Origin: an uncultured Candidatus Saccharibacteria bacterium
GTDB lineage: Bacteria > Patescibacteriota > Minisyncoccia > Phycocordibacterales > PALSA-1337
Length of the DNA: 64,000 bases
Direction of reading: 5' to 3'
Assembly: GCA_964600255.1 (NCBI GenBank)
Contig: CAZRIX010000003.1
Location: forward strand, 6,476 to 70,475
The position numbers and the translations under genes were made by a program. Position 1 is the first letter of the stretch. Each line of letters opens with the position of its first letter. Below the pieces are notes generated by a model. It was not told the origin of the DNA. It saw only the letters and a program-made list of their open reading frames with translations, and did not search any database. Shown here in pieces: positions 27,851 through 37,985 of this stretch.

Positions 27851-29329
27851 ATGAAAAATTTAAATCATAAAGAAGGATATATCTTGATCAACGTACTGGT
27901 GTTTGCTGTCGTGGCTATTATCGTAACGTCTGCGTTAGTGAACTGGGGTGCTGCACTACTAAAAAGCACTAGACAGTTGGCAGCAAAAGAACAGGCTATG
28001 CAGATTGCTGAAGCTGGGATCGATTACTACAGATGGCATTTGGCTCACGCCTCAAACGACTACAAGGATGGAAATGCAACAACCACAAACGGTCCATTCA
28101 TACATAATTTCGAAGACAAAGATGGAAATGTTATAGGGAAATTTGCTTTAACTATAACTCCTCCGATCACAGGTTCCACTCTGATCAAGATACGCTCAAA
28201 GGGAACTGTGGAGTCAGATCCTTCTATTAGTCGTACTATCGAGGTCACACTTGCTATTCCATCATTTGCAAAATTTGCTGTGGTAGCAAACGATAAGATG
28301 AACTTCGGAGTCGGTACCGAGGTGTTTGGACCTATTCACTCAAATAATGGTATTAAATTTAATGGATTTACCCACAATGTAATAACTAGTGCACTTAGTA
28401 AGTATATCGATACTGACGAAAGTAACTCCTGGTATCAAATGGCGGTTTATACAACAAAGAGTCCTTCCGAGCTTAATACAGATACGACCCCTCCGACTAC
28501 TATACCTACCCGACTTGATGTATTTGAAGCAGGAAGACAGTTTCCGGTTGCGGCGGTAGACTTTAACGGTATCACTACCGACCTATCTACAATGAAAGCA
28601 AATGCAATATCAACTGGTAGATATTTTGCTGCATCAGGTGGACAGGGATATCGTATTGTACTTAAAATAAATGATACTTTTGATATTTATAGAGTAAATT
28701 CTTTAAGAGCGGCACCAAACAACTGTAGTAATTCACAGAGCGAGACTGGATGGGGAACTTGGAGTATTGCTACACCAAACAATTCTCAGACATTTTTGGC
28801 AAACTATGCAATACCTGCAAATGGAATAATCTTCGTTGAGGATCATCTATGGATAGAGGGCAAAATAAGTTCAGCTCGAGTAACTATAGCTGCAGGTAAG
28901 TTCCCAGACAGCTCAAGTACTTGGAAGAATATTATCGTGAACAACGATCTATTGTATACAAACTATGACGGTACTGATTCTATAGCTTTGATAGCGCAAG
29001 GGAATGTTACTACAGGTCTATATAACGATGCAGACGGAGATGAGAATATGAGAATAGATGCAGCCTTGATGGCTCAGAATGGACGTATTGGTAGATATTA
29101 CTACTCAAGTTCATGTGGATCAGCGTATTTGCAGAATACACTAACTCTCTATGGTATGTTGGGTACTAATAAGCGTTACGGTTTTGCCTGGGGTAGTGGA
29201 AGTAATATAACGTCTGGATATCAGAATCGTGACATTATATACGACGGAAACCTTCTATATGCTCCTCCACCAAGTTTCCCACTTACATCAAACCAATATT
29301 CAACGCTATCTTGGCAAGAGATAAAGTAA
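27851..29329 (+). CDS. Pilus-associated protein with a PilX-like N-terminal hydrophobic segment (minor pilin or tip factor candidate).
   Basis: N-terminal 'KEGYILINVLVFAVVAIIVTSALV' with no canonical G-F-T/S-L-x-E motif. 492 aa. Last gene of the pil block. Confidence 0.5.
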   Translation: MKNLNHKEGYILINVLVFAVVAIIVTSALVNWGAALLKSTRQLAAKEQAMQIAEAGIDYYRWHLAHASNDYKDGNATTTNGPFIHNFEDKDGNVIGKFALTITPPITGSTLIKIRSKGTVESDPSISRTIEVTLAIPSFAKFAVVANDKMNFGVGTEVFGPIHSNNGIKFNGFTHNVITSALSKYIDTDESNSWYQMAVYTTKSPSELNTDTTPPTTIPTRLDVFEAGRQFPVAAVDFNGITTDLSTMKANAISTGRYFAASGGQGYRIVLKINDTFDIYRVNSLRAAPNNCSNSQSETGWGTWSIATPNNSQTFLANYAIPANGIIFVEDHLWIEGKISSARVTIAAGKFPDSSSTWKNIIVNNDLLYTNYDGTDSIALIAQGNVTTGLYNDADGDENMRIDAALMAQNGRIGRYYYSSSCGSAYLQNTLTLYGMLGTNKRYGFAWGSGSNITSGYQNRDIIYDGNLLYAPPPSFPLTSNQYSTLSWQEIK

Positions 29330-29349
29330 AATACACTATGTTATAATGT

Positions 29350-30114
29350 GTGCAAATGAAAAAAAAGATTATAGTAGGTAATTGGAAGATGAATCCAACA
29401 ACTCTTGATGAAGCCAAGAGAATTTATAAATCAACAAAGGCATCTGCGGGCAAATTGAAGAATGTTACTGTCGTAGCGTGTCCACCTTTTATTTATACTA
29501 GCGCTTTTCTAAAATCAAAAACAGATTCTTCACTGGCTATTGGCGTACAAAATGCATATTTTGAACCACAGGGATCATTTACAGGGGAGATAAGTCCATT
29601 GATGCTCAAGGATTTGGGAGTTAAGTACGCAATAATAGGACACTCAGAGAGACGAGTGCGCGGAGAGACAGACGAAATGATAGCAAAGAAGGTGCAGCTA
29701 TTACTTGAGACGGGCATCAAGGTGATTCTATGTGTTGGAGAGAAGACTAGAAATGAAGATGGATCACATTTGGACTTTATAAAGGATCAAATCAAGAGTT
29801 CTTTGGATAAAGTAAATGCAAAAAATATTGGCAATCTATTGATCGCATATGAACCTGTTTGGGCTATTGGGGCAAAAGAGGCTATGGATTCTGCAAGTAT
29901 TTATGAAATGACTCTATTTATTAAAAAGGTATTGTCTGATCTATACGGACATGAAGATGCTATTTCAACTCCAGTTCTATATGGAGGTTCAGTAAATTTC
30001 CGTAATGCATCCGAGATATTTATCACGGGTAAGGTAGATGGATTGTTGGTAGGTAGAGAGAGTGTAAATCCACCAGGTTTTGCAGAATTATTAAAAGCAG
30101 TAGACTCAATATAA
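29350..30114 (+). CDS. tpiA: Triosephosphate isomerase.
   Basis: 'VGNWKMN', 'IGHSERR', 'IAYEPVWAIG', 'YGGSVN'. Confidence 0.9.
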   Translation: MQMKKKIIVGNWKMNPTTLDEAKRIYKSTKASAGKLKNVTVVACPPFIYTSAFLKSKTDSSLAIGVQNAYFEPQGSFTGEISPLMLKDLGVKYAIIGHSERRVRGETDEMIAKKVQLLLETGIKVILCVGEKTRNEDGSHLDFIKDQIKSSLDKVNAKNIGNLLIAYEPVWAIGAKEAMDSASIYEMTLFIKKVLSDLYGHEDAISTPVLYGGSVNFRNASEIFITGKVDGLLVGRESVNPPGFAELLKAVDSI

Positions 30115-30115
30115 T

Positions 30116-31189
30116 ATGAAGAATATTACTGAACTAGCTGATCTCAAGGATGTAAGAGTGCTTGTCCGTTTGGATTTGAATGTGTCAATCGACCAATCTG
30201 GTCATGTTGTGGATGACTTTCGTATTCGTAAGTCACTTCCAACCATCAACTACCTAAGAGAGAAGGGTGCTCGCTTGATTCTAATAAGTCATATTGAAAC
30301 AAAGGACAAGCCTACACTAGAACCTGTGGCAAAGCACTTTAAAAAGCTTGGCGTTGATTGTTTTTTTGAAAAAAACTATAAAAAAGTATTGGCTAGTAAG
30401 GAAGACATAATTTTACTCGAGAACCTACGTGAGCATGAAGGGGAGAAGAAGAATGATAAAAAGTTCGCAAGGGAGTTGGCCTCATTGGCTGATATTTATG
30501 TAAACGAGGCATTCTCAGTTTCTCACCGTGAACATGCATCTGTATGTGCGATTACGGAGTTCATACCAAGTTATGCAGGATTTCAGTTTGATAGTGAAGT
30601 AATGGAGTTGGCAAAGGTTTTTACTCCAGAGCATCCTTTTATTTTTATCCTTGGTGGTGCAAAGTTTGAGACAAAGCTTCCTTTGGTTGATAAGTTTATA
30701 GATATAGCTGACAAGGTATTCATCGGTGGGGCATTGGCAAATGATTTCTTCCGAGCTCAGGGCCATGATATCGGAGACTCACTAGTTTCAAATCCAGCAC
30801 CTGACCTATCAAAATTTTTGAACAATTCAAAGTTGATGTTACCATTTGATCATGTGTTAAAAGGCACTGCTATTATGGATGCGGGAATGAAGACGGTTGA
30901 GGTTCTGCGTAAAGAAGTTGAGAAAGCTAAGTTTATTCTATGGAATGGTCCAGTGGGTGCTTATGAGGGTGGATACAGGGTAGCCACATTGGAGATTGCA
31001 GAAATGATCGCTGAAGCAACAAGCAAAGGCGCCAAGTCATTCGTTGGTGGTGGTGACACTTTGGCAACAATCGCCGAGCTTAAACTTGAAGATTCATTTA
31101 CCTTCGTATCAACAGGGGGAGGAGCTATGCTCGACTATTTAGCCAAGGGAACATTGCCAGGGATAGAGGCTTTAAAAAATAATAAATAA
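30116..31189 (+). CDS. pgk: Phosphoglycerate kinase (short, 357 aa).
   Basis: 'VRLDLNV', 'ILISHIE', 'FILGGAKFETK', 'WNGPVGAYE', 'GGGDT'. Confidence 0.85.
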   Translation: MKNITELADLKDVRVLVRLDLNVSIDQSGHVVDDFRIRKSLPTINYLREKGARLILISHIETKDKPTLEPVAKHFKKLGVDCFFEKNYKKVLASKEDIILLENLREHEGEKKNDKKFARELASLADIYVNEAFSVSHREHASVCAITEFIPSYAGFQFDSEVMELAKVFTPEHPFIFILGGAKFETKLPLVDKFIDIADKVFIGGALANDFFRAQGHDIGDSLVSNPAPDLSKFLNNSKLMLPFDHVLKGTAIMDAGMKTVEVLRKEVEKAKFILWNGPVGAYEGGYRVATLEIAEMIAEATSKGAKSFVGGGDTLATIAELKLEDSFTFVSTGGGAMLDYLAKGTLPGIEALKNNK

Positions 31190-31194
31190 ATAAT

Positions 31195-32166
31195 ATGAAA
31201 ACAGCTTTGGTGTGTGGAGCCGGAGGTTTTATTGGTGGTCATTTGGTTAAAAGATTAAAGAGTGAAGGATACTGGGTTAGGGGAGTAGATATCAAGAGAC
31301 CAGACTTTGGCGAGAGTGCTGCAGATGATTTTGTGTTGGCAGATCTTAGAGATGATGCAACTTGGTTAAAAATATTGGACCGAGCATTTGATGAAGTGTA
31401 CCAGCTTGCAGCGGACATGGGTGGAGCGGGATATATTTTCTCAGGTAATCATGATGTTGAGGTAATGCATAACTCAGCTAGTATAAACCTAAATGCCTTA
31501 AACTATGGTTACAAAGCTGGTATAAATAAAATCTTCTATTCATCATCAGCTTGTATTTATCCTGCATACAATCAGCTAGATCCAAACAACCCAAAGTGCA
31601 ATGAATCTTCTGCATATCCAGCGGAGCCAGATAGTGAATATGGTTGGGAGAAGTTGTTTAGTGAGAGATTATATTTTGCATATATGAGAAATAATGGAAT
31701 GGATGTGCGTGTGGCACGTTTCCATAATATTTTTGGACCAGAAGGAACTTGGACTGGTGGTAAAGAGAAGGCACCAGCAGCTATGTGTCGCAAGGTTGCC
31801 GAGGCTCAGGATGGTGGAGAGATAGAGATATGGGGAGACGGCATGCAGACTCGCTCATTCCTATATATCGATGAATGCTTGGAAGGTATTCGAAGACTGA
31901 TGGACTCAAAAGACTTTCATGGTCCAGTAAATATCGGTTCAGAGGAAATGGTAACTATCAATCAACTAGCCGAAATGGTAATGCAGGTTGCTAACAAAAA
32001 AGTTACACTGAAGCATATAAATGGACCGTTGGGAGTTCGTGGAAGAAATTCAGATAATAAGTTGATAAAGGAATCACTAGGTTGGGCACCAAACTATCCA
32101 CTAATAAAAGGATTGGAGAAAACCTATAATTGGATAAATGGGGAGGTAAAGAAGGGGAAGGAGTAA
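31195..32166 (+). CDS. NAD-dependent sugar-nucleotide epimerase of the GDP-mannose 3,5-epimerase-like family.
   Basis: 'GAGGFIGGHL', 'LAADMGGAGYI', 'FYSSSACIYP', 'PAEPDSEYGWEKL', 'RFHNIFGP', 'GGKEKAPAAMCRK'. By recollection these match GME signature blocks. Confidence 0.65.
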   Translation: MKTALVCGAGGFIGGHLVKRLKSEGYWVRGVDIKRPDFGESAADDFVLADLRDDATWLKILDRAFDEVYQLAADMGGAGYIFSGNHDVEVMHNSASINLNALNYGYKAGINKIFYSSSACIYPAYNQLDPNNPKCNESSAYPAEPDSEYGWEKLFSERLYFAYMRNNGMDVRVARFHNIFGPEGTWTGGKEKAPAAMCRKVAEAQDGGEIEIWGDGMQTRSFLYIDECLEGIRRLMDSKDFHGPVNIGSEEMVTINQLAEMVMQVANKKVTLKHINGPLGVRGRNSDNKLIKESLGWAPNYPLIKGLEKTYNWINGEVKKGKE

Positions 32167-32306
32167 GGATCTACTACAAAGAAATCCATTCATTGTTATT
32201 CTTTAATAAGTGTGGTATTGTATTTTGCGGATTAATCTCGTGTGAGATTGACCTTTAGAATCTAAACTTCAGATAGGCTGGCTGAAAGGCTAGTCTGGAA
32301 GGAACA

Positions 32307-33017
32307 ATGAAAAGTAATAGTGACCTGATTCATCAACGACTAGTTGCGGTGTTAGCTGATCCAGCTGATATTAGGGCGTATTCGATGTCTGATGCATACG
32401 AAATACTTCAGCGCATGGTTCAGGTAGGGTACTATTCTCAATGTCTGCAGGCAATTGAAGAATTGGGATCTGACCGGCTCGATGCGTCGCGGATTGTGAG
32501 CAATAGGAGAGAACTAAATACTCTGCTCCAGACAATGCGCAGTGATGGCTTGGATCTGCCGGTACTGAGGAATGTTAACCAAGACAGTTTCTGGGAGATG
32601 GAGATCCGGGCTAAGCTTGCCAAGCGTGATACTCTGAGGACTTGGGAGCTGATCAGGAGTTCACAGAAAGGTAAATCCAGAGCGGGCCAGCTTTCCAGGT
32701 CCATTTTGGAGTTGCTTGTTTCAGAGCTCTATGATCTCATGGTCCGGAAGAAACAGTTGAAGGATGTGGACCTTGCCCAGAACCCACCACCAACTCGCGT
32801 CTGTTACGCGGTTCGCGAACGTTCCCCGGCAAAGTCTGATCGACTCGGAAGACGGCGCAAGCCCCGGACGTATCAGCTACATGGTCGTGCTCCAGGATTG
32901 GGCTTTGCCAAGGCATTCTCGGTATACACAGAACAACAAGGTTGGTCTATGCAAGAAACGAGCCTGAAAATTCTTGCAATCGCGGCGTACTTCTCGGAAA
33001 AGAAGCGTCGGCGATAA
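32307..33017 (+). CDS. Hypothetical protein with an Arg-rich C-terminus, encoded in a high-GC patch.
   Basis: 236-aa ORF. Local GC is about 50% against a 35% background, and several overlapping antisense ORFs (typical of GC-rich DNA) appear in the ORF track. Confidence 0.45.
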   Translation: MKSNSDLIHQRLVAVLADPADIRAYSMSDAYEILQRMVQVGYYSQCLQAIEELGSDRLDASRIVSNRRELNTLLQTMRSDGLDLPVLRNVNQDSFWEMEIRAKLAKRDTLRTWELIRSSQKGKSRAGQLSRSILELLVSELYDLMVRKKQLKDVDLAQNPPPTRVCYAVRERSPAKSDRLGRRRKPRTYQLHGRAPGLGFAKAFSVYTEQQGWSMQETSLKILAIAAYFSEKKRRR

Positions 33018-33078
33018 ACGAACATTTGTTCGTCACACACACACCTCCGCCCAGCCTATGGCTCGGGCGGTTGTCTTT

Positions 33079-33450
33079 TTATACCAAACTCTCTACAATC
33101 TTTTTCTGATTGGCTACAAAATCTTTTTTCTCACCAGCTACTTCTTTGTTAGGGAATACCCATATATGTGCGTGGTGGACTTCCTCACCGACTACTTTAC
33201 TTAAAATAAAATCAGTATCGAAAGCTTTTCTTTGTGCTATGGCTATTTTTTTGGATACTTCAAAATATTCTCCAGCATTTGGCACGTCCCAAACCCAACG
33301 ATAATGTTCCTTAGGAATTATAAGGGTATGGCCAGGAGATAGTGGATCAATACTTAGAAATGCTAGGAAGTTTGAATCTTCATAGACTACGTAAGCTGGA
33401 ATTTCCTTTTTTACTATTTTACAAAAGATGCAATTTGTTTCGTGTGTCAT
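33079..33450 (-). CDS. HIT-family (histidine triad) hydrolase.
   Basis: 'HHAHIWVFP' histidine-triad motif and an N-terminal 'CIFCKI' segment. 123 aa. Confidence 0.8.
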   Translation of the reverse strand: MTHETNCIFCKIVKKEIPAYVVYEDSNFLAFLSIDPLSPGHTLIIPKEHYRWVWDVPNAGEYFEVSKKIAIAQRKAFDTDFILSKVVGEEVHHAHIWVFPNKEVAGEKKDFVANQKKIVESLV

Positions 33451-33480
33451 ATATGTATTATAGCAAATTTAATTTTTGGT

Positions 33481-33515
33481 AAGAAAATAGGCCCGACCAC
33501 AAAGTGGCCGGGCCG
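33481..33515 (-). terminator. Intrinsic terminator for the minus-strand 33530-34018 gene.
   Basis: GGCCCGACCAcaaagTGGCCGGGCC hairpin (9 of 10 bp paired), followed on the minus strand by TATTTTCTT. Confidence 0.5.
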
Positions 33516-33529
33516 TTTGATGCTGCGTT

Positions 33530-34018
33530 CTAAAGTGCAGCTAAAATTTCCTGAGGTATACTCCAACGGTCGCCTACCGTTGCTATGATGATGTTCGGAT
33601 GATCTAACCCAACCAGTCGAAGGGTTTCAACAGTCTCACCCTTCCACCTAGGATCATAAGGAACGATCTCCGAAGCTTTCTCTTGGCAAAGTCGAAAGCA
33701 TTCATAGGCATCGGCTTGTCTCTTAAAGAAGCCAATGGGCCTGCCGGTTGCTGATCCGGTTTGTATGGTTTGGCTTCCTAAGATAATGCGGTCGTCACCG
33801 GCATTGCCGTATTTGACTACCGACTTCCTAGAAATTCCAACCCAGTATCCTCTTCGTAGGACGCCACCAACAGGATTCGCAAGGGGGTTTCCATCAGGAC
33901 GGACTGCGGAGTCTGCCACCATCTTCATAACTTCTGGCGATGAAGTATAATTGATCACTTTGATCCTATATACAGAATGAAGAGTGCAGAAAAAAACCGT
34001 ACCAATAAAATGTGTCAT
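33530..34018 (-). CDS. Hypothetical exported protein with an N-terminal hydrophobic segment, encoded in a high-GC patch.
   Basis: 162-aa ORF with GC of roughly 50%. No motif I can assign. Confidence 0.4.
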   Translation of the reverse strand: MTHFIGTVFFCTLHSVYRIKVINYTSSPEVMKMVADSAVRPDGNPLANPVGGVLRRGYWVGISRKSVVKYGNAGDDRIILGSQTIQTGSATGRPIGFFKRQADAYECFRLCQEKASEIVPYDPRWKGETVETLRLVGLDHPNIIIATVGDRWSIPQEILAAL

Positions 34019-34110
34019 TGTGTCATGGAGTTATGGGTTGAAGTGTGCTTTGTAAATACTCTACTCCGCTAATATATCTATGTCAACCGAGTCATTGTGA
34101 TATACTCTGA

Positions 34111-35826
34111 TTGATGAAAAACTACTCCATACGAGAAAGATTGAATGGTGATTTGATTGATAATCTTCTTTTTTATCGTGGTATTAAGTATCCAGTAGAG
34201 AAGGAGGCTTTCTTGAATCCTAGTTATGACAAACACATCCATGATCCTTTTCTTTTAAAAGATGCCGAGAAAGCTGCCAGGAGAGTTGTTAAAGCAATAG
34301 AGGATAAAGAGAAAATTGTGATTTATAGTGATTATGATGCTGATGGAATTCCGGCTGGAGTCGTTTTTCATGATTTTCTAAAGAAAATTGGATATGAAAA
34401 CTTTACCAACTATATTCCACATCGTCATGATGAAGGTTTCGGCTTGAATACTGATGCGGTGGGGGAATTTATCAAAGAGAATGTTAGTCTGCTCATCACT
34501 CTTGATTGTGGTATCTCTGATATAGAGGCGGTGAAACTGGCACAGGATAACGGTATCGACGTGATAATTACTGATCACCACGAACCCCACGCAGAAGTTC
34601 CGCCAGCTTTTGCTATCGTCGATCACAAACAAAAAGGCTGTAAATATCCTGAGCAGATTCTATGTGGTTCAGGTGTTGGATTCAAACTTATTCAAGCGAT
34701 TCTCAAAGTGAATCGTTTTGGTCTGAAGGAAGGTCACGAGAAATGGCTTCTCGACATGGTAGGGCTCGCAACTCTTTCTGATATGGTGCCATTGGTTGGG
34801 GAGAATAGGGCTTTGGCGCATTTTGGTCTGAGAGTTTTGAAGATGAGTCCACGCAAAGGCTTGATGAAGCTTCTAAAGCATTTGAAGATTAACCAAAAGA
34901 ATCTAACCGAGGATGATATTGGCTTTATGATTACTCCACGTATAAATGCCGCTTCACGTATGGGTGTGCCGATGGATGCTTTTCGACTACTTGCGACTGA
35001 TAGTGATGATGAAGCGCTGAAGTTTACTTTGCATTTGGATGAAATAAATAATGAAAGAAAAGGAAAAGTGGCAAGTATAGTCAAAGAAGTGAAGAAAATA
35101 ATGTCAGATAGACATAAGGATGAGCCAAGGCCAGTAATTGTTTTTGGTAATCCAGAATGGAGACCGTCACTACTTGGGTTGGTTGCAAACAATCTGGCTG
35201 AAGAATTCGGTAGACCAGCTTTTCTCTGGGGTAGAGATGGCGACGGGATAATAAAAGGTTCATGTCGTTCTGGAGGCACAGTCAGTGTAGTTGAAATAAT
35301 GAATAGAACAAAGGCTGGAACATTAATGCAATTCGGTGGGCACTTTGCCTCCGGAGGTTTTGCGGTATCGAATGAACATGTGCATTTCCTCGATGATCAC
35401 TTGAATGATGCATTTTATGTTTTACAGAAAGATAGTAAAGATTCTTTGATAGAGCCTACTCATATAGACATGGAGTTACAGCTAGATGATGTAAAATGGG
35501 ATAGTTATAGACAAGTAGAAAAGCTTGCACCTTTTGGAGTTGGGAATCCAAAGCCGCTTTTTATTTTCAAAAATATTAAAATAACTGGAATCAAAGAATT
35601 CGGCAAAGAAAAGAATCATTTAGAATTATCCTTTAGAAAAGAAAATGGAAGTACGGTGAATGCAATGGGATTCTTTATGGATAGCAATACCTTTTTAAAT
35701 AAAGATGGAGAGAAGTTGAAAGTGGGGGATTCGATAGATTTGGTAGCGACAATGGAAAAGTCACTTTTCCGTGGTAGGGCGGAGTTGAGGTTGAGGATTG
35801 AGGATATATTTGAGATAATGCCTTAA
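34111..35826 (+). CDS. recJ: Single-stranded-DNA-specific exonuclease RecJ (DHH/DHHA1).
   Basis: 'DYDADGI', 'ITLDCGI', 'IITDHHEP', and a C-terminal OB-like domain. Confidence 0.85.
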   Translation: MMKNYSIRERLNGDLIDNLLFYRGIKYPVEKEAFLNPSYDKHIHDPFLLKDAEKAARRVVKAIEDKEKIVIYSDYDADGIPAGVVFHDFLKKIGYENFTNYIPHRHDEGFGLNTDAVGEFIKENVSLLITLDCGISDIEAVKLAQDNGIDVIITDHHEPHAEVPPAFAIVDHKQKGCKYPEQILCGSGVGFKLIQAILKVNRFGLKEGHEKWLLDMVGLATLSDMVPLVGENRALAHFGLRVLKMSPRKGLMKLLKHLKINQKNLTEDDIGFMITPRINAASRMGVPMDAFRLLATDSDDEALKFTLHLDEINNERKGKVASIVKEVKKIMSDRHKDEPRPVIVFGNPEWRPSLLGLVANNLAEEFGRPAFLWGRDGDGIIKGSCRSGGTVSVVEIMNRTKAGTLMQFGGHFASGGFAVSNEHVHFLDDHLNDAFYVLQKDSKDSLIEPTHIDMELQLDDVKWDSYRQVEKLAPFGVGNPKPLFIFKNIKITGIKEFGKEKNHLELSFRKENGSTVNAMGFFMDSNTFLNKDGEKLKVGDSIDLVATMEKSLFRGRAELRLRIEDIFEIMP

Positions 35827-36533
35827 TGAACAAAACAACTATTTTTACAGACGGCGCTTCACGAGGTAATCCTGGCAAAGGGGGATGGGGTGCTGTTGTT
35901 GTGACTTCAGACAAGGTTGTTGAGCTCGGAGGGAGAGAAGATAATACCACAAACAATAGAATGGAGCTGTCTGCCGTGATTGCTGGACTTTCTTGTGTCG
36001 ACAATAAGGAGCGAATTACTGTGAATACGGATTCATCGTATGTGATTAATGGTATTACTAAATGGGTAAATGGTTGGCAGAGGAATGGCTGGGTCACAAA
36101 GACCAAAGATAGTGTCATCAATCGTGACCTATGGGAAAAGTTGGTAGATGCAAAGTATGGAAAAGAGATAGAGTGGAACTATGTCGGCGGTCACTCTGGA
36201 GTCGTAGGTAATGAGCGATGTGATGTAATAGCTACATCATTTGCGGATAATGATCCAACTGCACTCTACGATGGATCTCTTTTAGATTATCCAATTAAAA
36301 ATATCCTAGACCTATCTCAAATCGCAGAAGTTGCCAATGAAAAGAAGGCCAAGAAAAGTCACTCAAATGCTAAAGCATATTCATATATTAGTAAGGTGGA
36401 CGGAAAAATAGAGACTCATAAAACATGGGCAGAATGTGAAGCTCGAGTAAAAGGAAAGAGTGGCACGAGATATAGGAAGGCTACTTCACCAGAGCAGGAG
36501 AAGGATATTATTGCAGAATTCAGTAAGTTCTAG
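35826..36533 (+). CDS. rnhA: Ribonuclease HI with a roughly 90-aa C-terminal extension.
   Basis: 'IFTDGASRGNPGKGGWGAVV', 'TNNRMEL', 'VNTDSSYVINGI', 'WNYVGGHSG'. Confidence 0.85.
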   Translation: MNKTTIFTDGASRGNPGKGGWGAVVVTSDKVVELGGREDNTTNNRMELSAVIAGLSCVDNKERITVNTDSSYVINGITKWVNGWQRNGWVTKTKDSVINRDLWEKLVDAKYGKEIEWNYVGGHSGVVGNERCDVIATSFADNDPTALYDGSLLDYPIKNILDLSQIAEVANEKKAKKSHSNAKAYSYISKVDGKIETHKTWAECEARVKGKSGTRYRKATSPEQEKDIIAEFSKF

Positions 36534-36617
36534 TTGCTGAGATTAAAATTTAATGAAAATTTCATACGCTTTTTATTATTACTTTTAATATTTTTTAACA
36601 GCTTCTGCTAGATTTAG

Positions 36618-37985
36618 TTGGTGGAAATACAGCAAAGAAATTTTAATTTAATCCTCACAACAATTCTTGTACTTACTATTGCTGTACGTTTCTATTTTGC
36701 TATACAAAATGATAGGGAGGATATAGTAAATAAGTATAAGGGTAAGTGGGTTGCCCTAAAGGGCATTGTTGCTAGTGAACCACTGGTCAAAGATTTCAAC
36801 AAAACTTTTGTTGTTGAAGCGAGGACTATAGATTCGGAGCCGGTATCAATATCGGTTAAGGTGACAACAGATCGCTATATGGATTATGAGTACGGTCAGG
36901 AGTTAAGTTTGGATGGTAAACTTCTCGCCCCAATAAATTTTAAAAGTAATGGAGGTCGAGTTTTCAACTATATAGATTTTCTATTGAAAGACGGAATATA
37001 TTTTGAGATGAAAAAGCCAAGGATAAGTATTGTTGCGGTCGATCGGGGTAGTTTTATTAGCAAATACCTATTTAAACTAAAGAGAGGCTTTATCAATAAT
37101 CTAAAGCTAGTGCTCGGAGAGCCACATTCAGCATTGGCTGGCGGTTTGGTGGTGGGAGAGAAGAGTGCATTGGGTAGTGAATTGATTGAGGATTTTAGAA
37201 AGTCTGGACTGATACATATTGTTGTATTGTCTGGGTACAACATAACCATTGTTGCAGATTCTATCAGGCGAATGTTGGTTTTTCTCCCGAGGAATATAGG
37301 TATTACTATTGGTGCATTGGGGATTGTGGCATTTGGAGTTTTGGTTGGTGGTGGAGCAACCGTAGTCAGATCATGCTTCATGGCGATTATCGCGCTAACC
37401 GCTTCACTTTTGAGAAAAGACTATAACGTAAGCAAAGCACTCTTTATTGCGGGTGCCATAATGCTAATCCATAACCCACTGATACTGCTATACGATCCTT
37501 CGTTTCAGTTATCGTTTCTTGCTACACTTGGCCTGATTGTTCTATCTTCTCCCATTGAAAAAAGATTGGGATTTGTAACAGAAAAACTAGGTATTAGGGG
37601 TCTGCTGTCTTCTACTTTAGCGACTCAAGTTTTTGTATCGCCATATATTCTATATATGATGGGGCAATTGTCGATAATCGGTATAGTGGTGAATATACTT
37701 GTTCTGCCAATAATACCAGCGACTATGGGAATAGTATTCCTTACTGGAGTTTTGGGTTTTGTATCGGTTAGCGCATCACAAATACTTGGTTGGATTGCTC
37801 ATATACTACTATCGTATGAACTATTTATTGTTAGGTTCTTTGCTGATTTATCTTTTTCATCGATCAATCTGCCAAAGTTTTCGTTTTGGATCGTTGTCGG
37901 TTTTTATTTGAGTTATTTTGTTGCGTTCACGAAATTTTCTTCAATCTTTGACCAGTTTAGATTTAGGAAAAAATCCTCAACATAG
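36618..37985 (+). CDS. comEC: ComEC/Rec2-family DNA-uptake channel protein: the N-terminal OB/DUF4131 part plus the multi-TM competence domain.
   Basis: 'GLIHIVVLSGYNITIV', followed by 8 or more TM helices. The 3' end overlaps the convergent sod gene. Confidence 0.7.
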   Translation: MVEIQQRNFNLILTTILVLTIAVRFYFAIQNDREDIVNKYKGKWVALKGIVASEPLVKDFNKTFVVEARTIDSEPVSISVKVTTDRYMDYEYGQELSLDGKLLAPINFKSNGGRVFNYIDFLLKDGIYFEMKKPRISIVAVDRGSFISKYLFKLKRGFINNLKLVLGEPHSALAGGLVVGEKSALGSELIEDFRKSGLIHIVVLSGYNITIVADSIRRMLVFLPRNIGITIGALGIVAFGVLVGGGATVVRSCFMAIIALTASLLRKDYNVSKALFIAGAIMLIHNPLILLYDPSFQLSFLATLGLIVLSSPIEKRLGFVTEKLGIRGLLSSTLATQVFVSPYILYMMGQLSIIGIVVNILVLPIIPATMGIVFLTGVLGFVSVSASQILGWIAHILLSYELFIVRFFADLSFSSINLPKFSFWIVVGFYLSYFVAFTKFSSIFDQFRFRKKSST

